A stretch of DNA of 64,000 nt. It comes from Catajapyx aquilonaris. Taxonomy: Eukaryota. Positions 55,641 through 64,000 of the stretch are shown in pieces. Both the position numbers and the translations under genes were made by a program. Under the pieces are notes generated by a model, which had not been told where the DNA came from, searched no databases, and saw only the letters and a program-made list of their open reading frames with translations. The number at the start of each line of letters is the position of its first letter. Position 1 is the first letter of the stretch. The stretch covers positions 62,001 through 126,000 of the forward strand of contig KZ538078.1 in assembly GCA_000934665.2 (NCBI GenBank), in the 5' to 3' direction.

Positions 55641-56328
55641 TGCGCATCCTAGGCTGCCATGATGTTATCGCCCAGGCCGATACTGGAATCGAGGTTACGA
55701 TATCGGTATCGCTATATCGATTCACATGCTCATAATAATTGAAAGAATTAGAAAAAGGTCTCATCGAATCACGCTGGCATGATTTGCCCATCTTGTTTCA
55801 TACTTCAAATGACCAAAGAAGGCTTTGTGATTTTTAACACATTTACGCCAATGAGACAAGACGTCCAATTTTTAGAGTTGCGCATATTGAATAATGAATA
55901 GTACTTGAAATGAATATATATATGATTAGTGCGTACGCATTACTATGGTTGCCCGATGTATACCACAGTACAGTACTATAGCTTATTACCGCAGAGAAGC
56001 TATATACTACACGGTGCAACATGAATTGAGAAATCAGCATTTTATTTAATGTTACTCATAAAAATCACATAATATGAAATACCGAACCCGTATGAAATAC
56101 CGTACTTTGATCCAAGTACGTACCAAGTACTTCAAAAATTCATAAGCTGGCAGGTAATGGCACATTGACACTAACTACATGCAATAAGCACAGTCGGCAG
56201 AATCACTTAGGATTGGTGACATCCGTGGTAAAGGTGTCATACATCGAAGTTTGTAAACTCCCCAGCAGAGGGCTACTTTCCACTTTGTCATGTGTTTTCA
56301 AGAAGTCCGTACTGCTAACAGTAAGACC

Positions 56329-56398
56329 GGTGCAGCCTAAATGAAGGTGCAGCTAAATGAAGGTGATACAGACTGTGTCTGTATCACCTTCATTTAGC
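56329..56398. repeat. 22-bp perfect inverted repeat preceded by a tandem duplication
   Basis: GCTAAATGAAGGTGATACAGAC (56352-56373), TGT loop, GTCTGTATCACCTTCATTTAGC (56377-56398). Upstream GGTGCAGC(C)TAAATGAA occurs twice. Confidence 0.9.
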
Positions 56399-56999
56399 AT
56401 GCAATGATGCAAGGATTCGTAGTACATTTAAGTTAGTTGCCGTTCCAGGCATATGTAAGTCACTAAATCATTTTTATCAGGAATTGTGAGGGAAAAAGTA
56501 GGCCTAATCAAAAAAGTTGTAGTGAAGTGCTGGGGTTACTTTGGTCCAGAATATTCTTGGATCAAAGAAGCACCAAGACTCCTTGTACAATGTACATTAT
56601 GGCCATGTCTCTGGCTACAGTCAGTGAGTTCAAAAAGTGTCTCCATCCCATTACCAATGCAGTACCATACCAGTAGCAGTTGTACTAATATATTTGATTA
56701 TTCAGACGAAATATCATTTTAAAAATACCGCTTCTTCAGACAAATGAATCGGTGATTTTGAAAAGGGCAATATTCTTTTTTTTTGTCAAAATGAACTGCT
56801 GATGCAGAAGTATCATTTGCTTGGGAATGCATCGAATGAGATTGTAAACGGGATCATTCCATACACCTGTCATGGTGAACTGATGCCTGAGTTTGAAAAG
56901 GGCAATATTCCGTGACTACTCTCATCCTCCTATAAGCTTCGTAAGGTACAACTGCCACCTGAAATGCCAAGCACCACAGCCTATGAAGGGGGGGGGGGG

Positions 57000-57014
57000 N
57001 NNNNNNNNNNNNNN
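57000..57014. other. Assembly gap (15 N) after a poly-G run
   Basis: N characters in the sequence. Confidence 0.99.
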
Positions 57015-57209
57015 CCAATCAAGTCTCAAAAGTCTCAAAGGCTAGAAGACATATCCAAGGTGATAAAGTGTGTAGATTAAAACTACATCACCTTTTATGA
57101 TGATATCATGACTTGGCAGACTGAAGAGAAAGAAAGTGACTCTGAAAAAGAGGACTGATAACACTGTGATCATCTCAGGTTTGTACGAGTACGTTTCAAA
57201 TCAAATAAT

Positions 57210-57491
57210 TTTTTTATTGTACCCCGTGATGACCCTTATGGGTTCTACAGGGGGGTGGGGGTACACCTCCATTTTTCCTCAATTTTCTAAGTTAACTTCA
57301 CTCCGGTGCAGAAAACAAGGACTTGGGGAAGGATTGGGATTTTTTGGGGAGGGAACATGGGTGCAAGGTGCAATGTCGTAGCCATGGGTCATGACGTCAT
57401 GTGCTGTTCCCCAGGAGGTTAGGTTGCCAGACACCTCCTTGGTGCAGGTCAGAGACCCTCCTGACGCAGGCGAAAGGTAACTCCCAGGCGG
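57210..57491 (-). mobile_element. SINE family A, 5'-truncated at the B box
   Basis: High similarity to 58105-58489 across body and tail. Perfect 12-bp TSD AAATCAAATAAT (57198-57209 / 57492-57503). Confidence 0.9.
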
Positions 57492-58104
57492 AAATCAAAT
57501 AATGTGTACACAATACAACTCCTTTACATATGCATTGTACATTGATTTTGAAAAGGGCATTAGTCCAACAATTTGAATTCCATATTTCAACAATGTGAAT
57601 CGATGGGTGGGTAACAGGGGAGTGCGGTGTAATGCACTGTGACTTTCACAATAAAACTGCTATTCCACATTTTTGATAGAGAGCACCATTTAAATAATAT
57701 TCAGTTTTTCTTGTGTCCTGAAAAAAAAAGGGTTAGTGGAATCTTGCCCTTTTCAAAATTACCGATTCAAATATATAGCCTACTGCTGCTGTTTTGAATT
57801 TATATCCGAGGGACTCACATCTCCAAGATGTACAAGTACACATGTCTCAGCCTATGAATTATCTGGACCAGTGTTACACTCAATGAGGTTTAATTCAACC
57901 ATGGACATTTTTCCAAGGGATTCATCATACAGGACTAAAGTACCCCCACCCCATGGGGCTTATTTAGTCCCACTTAGCCATTTTCTGTACAGTGTTATAT
58001 AATCTACACTGCACGAACAATAGTGCACAAGTGTTTCTAACTTGTTCAATAATGGTGCATAATTTTTTTAAGTTCGAAATTGCAATAGTAAGGGAGATAT
58101 TAAT

Positions 58105-58489
58105 TTTTTTATTATTATTTATTTATTTTACCCCGTGATGTCCCTATAGGGCTATAGGGGGGTGGCATACCACCATCAGTTTTCTGTATTTATTTTCACT
58201 TCATTCTCCGGTGCAAGGAAACAGGGACAATGGGAAAGGATAGGGATTTTTGGGGAGGGAACATGGGTGCAAGGTGCAATGCCGTAGCTATGGGTCATGT
58301 GCTGTTCCCCAGGAGGTTAGCGTTAGGTTGCCAGACACCTCCTTGGTGCAGGTCAGAGACCCTCCTGACGCAGGTGAAAGGAAAGTTCCCCAGGCGGGGA
58401 TCGAACCTGGGGCCTTTCACTCAGCAAGCCGTCTCGGCTTGCTGAGTGAAAGGCTGAGTGTTACCATCTCGGTCACCACACCTCCCCGA
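58105..58489 (-). mobile_element. SINE family A, full length, with inverted duplication in tRNA head
   Basis: Minus-strand A box TGACCGAGATGG, B box GGTTCGATCC and (TAAA/TAA)n tail. 10-bp TSD AGATATTAAT (58095-58104 / 58490-58499). Confidence 0.9.
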
Positions 58490-61120
58490 AGATATTAATA
58501 TTATTAACCAAAATAACCAAAAATTGGTACAATTTTACGGTACGGCAGAATGGATCATGAACGCATTGTAATGTTTGACTGGTAAATGTGGTTTAGTAAC
58601 ATATACACTCATTGCGCATGCTATTAAGCCATTAAGGGCTTCATGCACTTATACAGCATAGGTTGGTACTGTACACTGTCCAAAATAAAACCTGTCAACA
58701 ACAGAGCAAGGCAACGGAAGGCAACATATGATGGTTTACTCTCCAGTCACGTCTGCTACGCATTCCAGTGCTGGCGTTTGTCACTTTGTGGCTGGCACCA
58801 CCAACTTCACATGTCAGATATCACCTCTCAGGGTTCCTACAGTAATGTTAGCCAGCTAGAATTTTTCCATGTACAACATGAAATTGTGTTAACTACACAC
58901 AGTTTTTAAAGCTGGATTTAAACTATTCATGTTCGAGCAGCGTAAGATTTTATTACAATCGCATAGCGGACGCCTAAAATTAAATTTCTTAATGACTTTC
59001 TATTAACTACTCGTATATAGGTTTATTTTGTCAGCTATTGATATTTTGTTCCAGTCATGATATTGTTTTCTTTTTAATTAAATATTATTTTCGTTGCGAT
59101 TACGATGGCACTGATGTGGCATTAACGATTCTGCCAATGTTGTAGTGGTACTTCTATTAAACTAGGATTTACCACGCGACATCTTCCGGTGCAAAAAGCA
59201 CGAAAAAAATATTGAAATGTGTCAATTTAAAAGGTTGCATCTTGAGGCATCTTGTGGGGAATATTGCAGGGACCTACGTGTGTATGATTGTGTTCCTATA
59301 GTACGCAATATCAATCATTTTCCGGCAAGAATTTTATATGCAGATGCATGTTATTGACGATACAGATTTTAAATTGGCTTGTAATATTCGGTAAAAAATG
59401 GATTTTCAATAGTGCCAGTGGCGAAGGTGGATATAATTAGGGAAAGTCTAGCTAGGTGGGATGTGAGGGGGGACCTTGTTTTCCATGCTTGGTAATGCGA
59501 GATAAGGTGTGCTTTGTCTCCACGACAGGCATCGGGACAATAATACCGACTACCGACAGCCGTCATGTTTCCTGATCTTTGATTGAGCCCTGTACTGGCC
59601 CAGTCGGGAGACATCATTCCATATAAGGAAACTCAGATTTACCTATAGAAAGTCATGCAGTATTTCTGCATTTTACCTTTCAGCAAGCATGGCAAAAAAT
59701 ACGCCAAAAAAACTATACGGATAAAATATTACATATAGGATGCCTATCTATCATGACTGCATGAAGACGATATATGATGTACTGTACAAGATTAGTATAG
59801 GTATATTTCTACAATGCTTGTACTTCATACGGTGGCCGAGTTTTCTTGCCGTTTCGCGAATACCGGATTCGCAGAAAATAATAGCCTACTGTATGTCTGT
59901 ATCCCTATTCACAGATCCAAGCAGCATCATTACGAACTACTAGTAAACCGAACAGCGCAAGGAGTGTAATAACTTACATGCCAAGCCACGCTTTTTTTCA
60001 GGTTTCTTAAAATATATTCTAATTTTACATCCGTTATCGTCAGTATATTGAAAGGGGTCTCCCTATGCATCTGATGGCGCGGTCACATTGTGCAACCAGC
60101 ATTGATCGAGCATTGATTTCATTAACATCGGTTTTGGTGAACAATATGGGACTTAAATAATTTGTCATGCTCTATTATTGTCACGAGAATTTTAATTTAA
60201 ATTCTGGCACATTTTTATCGCCTTTGTGGCCATTTTATATGCAAAGAATTGAAATTCCCCAAGTATCAAGCCCAAATTCTCCAGTAAGGGAGATAGAGGT
60301 CGGTTGTAACAGGGAACGGTTGTAACATCGCCAATAAATCAATAATAAATACATTTGGAAAGCCCTGAAGCTGAAACTCACACAGCACGTGTGTCACTAT
60401 GGCCTCTAAGTCAGGTAAAACTTAAGCTTTTCCTTTTTTTTTGTTCTTTTATATGCAAGAAAACCAAAATCAAAGTGTGTTCCCAATTTTTGTAAGTGAC
60501 AGTAATCAAGTGATTATGTGAAGGACAGAGGTGACATTGCCTTTGGTATTACGAGAAAGACTGTTCCTTTAGTGGGGTCACACCGACGCGACGGTATAGA
60601 TGACCAAATAATGTGCACAGTTAAAAAAGTAGTAAGCATATCTACAAGACAACACAATGGGGACGGTTGTAACAGCTTCCTTGGGGTCAGTTATAACATG
60701 GTAAAATCATAGGAGAAAGGTCAAGTCTGTGTACAGATGTTACAGCTACATATCTCACAGGATATTGAGAATATACATAGTTATTGTTTTGTGCAATAAA
60801 GCCATTTCTAACTAGTTTGTCGAAAATTTATGTGAATATAAAAATCTATTCTCTTGCAATACTATTCTGCTGAATAAATTCCAGTGTATCGAGAGACAAA
60901 TAGTAATCTAGGTGGATCAAGTAGGCTATAAGACAATTGTCTAGAAAATGAGCGGGTGTAAATTGTTCTTTCATATTACATTTTCCCCGTAAGACATAGT
61001 GTTACAATCGACCCCGCCCTCTATTACAACCGCCCCTATGATGGGGTCGATTGTAACACTCTGCCTTGCCTTGGAAAAATATTTATAAATCTATCAATTA
61101 TTTTTAATCTTAAGAGTTTA

Positions 61121-61665
61121 CACCGAAGCAGTTTGGTGGAGTGGACTGCTAATCGGGAGGTCCTGGGTTCGAGCCCCGGGGCCGGCAATCCTAACCGTGG
61201 TTTTCTGTGGCTTCCCACGGTCCACCCAGGAGAATTCCGGGGTTGCTTCCTAAATAATAGGCCACAGCCGCTTCCTTCCTTTCCTATCCTTGTCCCGTCC
61301 ATGAGGAGGGGCGGTGTCAATGGGGGATTTCTGACCCGCATCTAAGGGCTCATCTTGGCGAACGGGTCCCGTGAGGGACTGCACACGACCCCCAACTTGG
61401 GACATTGCACCTGCACCACAATGGGGACGGTTGTAACAGCTTCCTTGGGGTCAGTTGTAACATGGTAAAATCATAGGAGAAAGGTCAAGTCTGTGTACAG
61501 ATGTTACAGATACATATCTCACAATGATCTACAATAATCCTGTCCCCTTGCACCTGAGGAAAGAACATAGTACGAGAAAATTGATGGTGGTGTACCACCC
61601 CCCAGCAGGGCCTATGTAGGCCTATCCCGGTGTTAAATAAATAAAATATAAAAAATAAATTAAAA
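61121..61665 (+). mobile_element. Composite SINE: family B head/core + family A body/tail
   Basis: tRNA-like head (TGGACTGCTAATC, B box GGTTCGAGCC), B core to ~61330, then blocks shared with family A (TGACCCGC, CTAAGG, TCTTGGC, GGGACTGCAC, TGCACCTGCAC, CCTTGCACC, ATGGTGGT..ACCACCCCC) and an A-rich tail. Perfect 15-bp TSD AATCTTAAGAGTTTA (61106-61120 / 61666-61680). Confidence 0.9.
61417..61523 (+). repeat. 107-bp copy of 60653-60759 inserted inside the SINE
   Basis: By-eye alignment shows 2 substitutions over 107 bp. Confidence 0.95.
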
Positions 61666-62201
61666 AATCTTAAGAGTTTATAATGATAATTTTACATAGC
61701 TATGAATGTTGCCTTATTTCCACCATGCCATAAACCTTTGCCTAAGTGCACATGTAACTGAATTAAAAAATCCAGACTGAAAAGTGTTACAACCGACCCC
61801 CGATCTCCCTTACCTATAGAGCAGAAAAAATAAAAACTGTGTTTCACTTTTTCATCTACGTAACTTAATATTATTACGAACAATGTCTACTAAACTTATC
61901 GTCGTATACAGTACACTGTAAAATCTATAATGAAAGGGCTCTTTCCAGAGCTTATGATGTGCGAGTGATCCCTTTTGACCCAATGGCACCGGAAGTCAAT
62001 GGCTGGACCCCCTTTTCAAAGCCTATACCCTCCTGCATTAGTTTAAAAGGATGCACCTCTTCAACCTAAAACTAGCCGCTACTGTTTTTATTACCTCTAA
62101 AAGTATACAGCAGTAGCTCTTCCAAAGTAATTATTGCTTACAATGATCCACTAACCAGGGACACATTTTCTACCATGCCCAAACTTACAACTTTCTCTAT
62201 A

Positions 62202-62682
62202 CAGGGTGCAAAGAGCTTAATACTAGGTAGTAATACTAGGTAGTATAAGCTCTTTGACAGGGTGTATCTGAACTCAGTGCCCCGACGTATATGACTGCCT
62301 TCCTAGCCACCAGAGGATCAACTTATGTAGAGGAGTCATTATGTCTGGGCAGCCTCATTACGGAGATACGCTCTTTAGCGATTTTTGCCTAATCGCTCCT
62401 TCTGACTTTTAAATAGAATTTTCTGGTGTAACTAGCCAAAGAGGCCTTACCATCTGTGGGCAACAAACCAACAAAGTCCCGCCCCCAGACCTTCCAGAGC
62501 CTTCTGACTGGGGGAGGGTTCGATGGGTGGCCTAACCGACAGGATATTTTGTACTACATGTTTGCGGCCAATTATCTCAGTAATGCGGCGGCCAGACATA
62601 ATGACTCCTATACTTAAATCGATCCTCTGGTGGCTAGGAAGGCAGTCATATACGTCGGGGCACTGAGTTCAGATACACCCTG
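62202..62682. mobile_element. Tc1/mariner-type MITE with long TIRs
   Basis: TA-CAGGGTG terminus. Perfect 62-bp TIRs (62258-62319 / 62621-62682) extend imperfectly to ~110 bp. The left terminus is split by a 48-bp insertion. Confidence 0.9.
62209..62256. mobile_element. 48-bp micro-MITE with 8-bp TSD (hAT- or P-like)
   Basis: TIR CAAAGAGCTTA / TAAGCTCTTTG. TSD ACAGGGTG at 62201-62208 and 62257-62264. Interior is AATACTAGGTAGT x2. Confidence 0.85.
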
Positions 62683-62709
62683 CTATATGAGTGTCTATCA
62701 GGATACCCT

Positions 62710-62727
62710 ACCCGGCGTTGCTCGGGT
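62710..62727 (-). mobile_element. Possible Helitron 3' hairpin remnant
   Basis: Minus strand ACCCGAGCAACGCCGGGT resembles the GC-rich 3' hairpin of arthropod Helitrons. The expected CTRR terminus is not cleanly present. Confidence 0.3.
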
Positions 62728-62794
62728 TATGAAATATACTTTCCATAGGAGTAATTCATTGATTTGGTAGTTACCTTTGCAATAATATTATGGC

Positions 62795-63014
62795 TTCCCC
62801 ACCGACACCGCACCTCCTCATGGACAGGACAAGGATAGGAAAGGAAGGAAGCAGCTGTGGCCTATTTTACGGTACGATCCCGGAAATTTTTCCTGGGGCG
62901 ACCTTGGAAAACCACAGAAAACCAAGGTCAGGGCCGCCGGCCTCCGGGACTCGAACCCAGGACCTCCCGATTAGCAGTCGGATACCATATCCACTCCACT
63001 ACTACTGCTTCGGT
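62795..63014 (-). mobile_element. SINE family B, head + core only
   Basis: Minus strand starts ACCGAAGCAGT like the 61121 copy, has B box GGTTCGAGTCC, and aligns to 61122-61326. It lacks the family-A module, and no TSD is seen. Confidence 0.88.
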
Positions 63015-63351
63015 TAGGTTATTTATTTATTTCTCGCAAGTACGACGAGTTCAGAAAATTCGTCTGGCAAGGTTCTCAAGGTTGTTCTTCCGCATATTTT
63101 CACGCATTTCATAATTAAATCAGAGTAACAGTTGGCCGGCAGTACTCGAATTTCCAGTTTTTATAGCGCCCTTTTTTGGAAATTAATTTAGGGACTTCTA
63201 GACCAGTAAAATTGTTCCAGGCACATTCGTAGTGTTTTCCTTGAACGTGGTAAGTATAGCTGTTATTATTCGTAAAATATCTTGTCCGTATATCTTCGGA
63301 GTATGCTTAAGCCAACATCTATATGAGGAAATGATATACCGGTACCCTATA

Positions 63352-63778
63352 CAGGGTGTTCATGAAAAACACCGACAAACCTATATCACCCCCGACCTAG
63401 GGACCAGACGATCACATTATGTGATTATTCCTGGGCCGCCTCATTACCGCGCAAATTGCCTTCAAACAGGTAGTATAAAATATCCTGGAAGTTAGGCCAC
63501 CCAACGAACCCTTCCCCAGTCAGAAGGGTCTGGAAGGTCTGGGGGCCGGACTTTGTTGGTTTGTTGCCCACATGTGGTAAGGCCTCTATGGCTAGTTACA
63601 CCTGTAAATTCTATTTAAAAGTCAGAAGGAGCGATTAGGCAAAAATCGCTAATCATCAACGAGTCAATTATCTCAGTAATGAGGCGGTGTAGACATAATG
63701 ACTCCCCTACATAAAATGACCCTCACGTTACCATTGGCCACTGGTATCAGTTTGTCGGTGTTTTTCATGAACACCCTG
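63352..63778. mobile_element. Tc1/mariner-type MITE
   Basis: Perfect 29-bp TIR CAGGGTGTTCATGAAAAACACCGACAAAC (63352-63380 / 63750-63778), TA on both sides. Core is inverse-homologous to the 62202 MITE. Confidence 0.92.
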
Positions 63779-64000
63779 TATATACGGTCTCACGGATTCA
63801 ATAAAAGTTAATACGTACAACTACAAGTTTTGAGCATTATGTTCGTGATCAAGTGTATGCCAAATCGATTTGCCTTGTCATACAAGACCTATTAAGACTA
63901 TTCAATGTGCCCAAGCGGAAGAATAGGCCTACTGATGCTTTCACTGGCATCCAGTGGCATGCGCAAGTGACTTTACATTCTATACCTTGCACCTTTTTGT

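Larger units (their letters stand above)
56745..57769. repeat. Dispersed TTTGAAAAGGGCA motif family, possibly a decayed TIR element
   Basis: 56745-56770 TGAATCGGTGATTTTGAAAAGGGCAA is the inverse of 57744-57769 (1 mismatch). Direct partial copies at 56892-56910 and 57543-57559. Confidence 0.55.
60284..61813. mobile_element. Non-autonomous TIR DNA transposon (probably Tc1/mariner-pogo group), interrupted by a SINE
   Basis: TIRs GTAAGGGAGATAGAGGTCGGTTGTAACA (60284-60311) and TGTTACAACCGACCCCCGATCTCCCTTAC (61785-61813). Motif GG(T/A)CGRTTGTAACA recurs internally in both orientations (60314, 60661, ~60685, ~61000, 61043). No transposase ORF, and TA is seen only near the right end. Confidence 0.75.

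Noticed and set aside
60298..61800. CRISPR-like recurrence of GGTTGTAACA
   Set aside because: Irregular spacing, both orientations, eukaryotic context and no cas genes. Explained as transposon subterminal motifs.
53936..63495. ORFs in the TE cluster (53936, 53952, 55078, 58230, 61036, 62790 etc.)
   Set aside because: GC-rich SINE/MITE sequence read-through with no transposase or RT motifs.

Overview
Eukaryotic, most likely arthropod (insect-like), non-coding DNA that is intergenic or deep-intronic. I found no credible protein-coding exon, rRNA, true tRNA, recognisable miRNA or CRISPR array, and the listed ORFs look like random frames. The window has two parts. About 1-53,900 is nearly free of recognisable transposons and rich in homopolymer runs and TAAT/ATTA words, with only microsatellites, one ~116-bp tandem duplication and a Tigger-like end fragment. 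About 53,900-64,000 is a dense, nested cluster of non-autonomous mobile elements. It holds two tRNA-headed SINE families (A and a Lm1/Talua-like B) with clear target-site duplications, a palindromic PIF/Harbinger-type MITE, a ~1.5-kb TIR element, two Tc1/mariner-type MITEs and a 48-bp micro-MITE. The most unusual observations are: a composite SINE (B head plus A body/tail) carrying a 107-bp insertion copied from the element it sits in; two MITEs with ~94% identical cores but unrelated, individually perfect TIRs; a structurally conserved double stem-loop in the SINE tail; and several templated inverted or tandem duplications. I cannot support a claim of a novel gene system. All alignments were done by eye and no database was searched.
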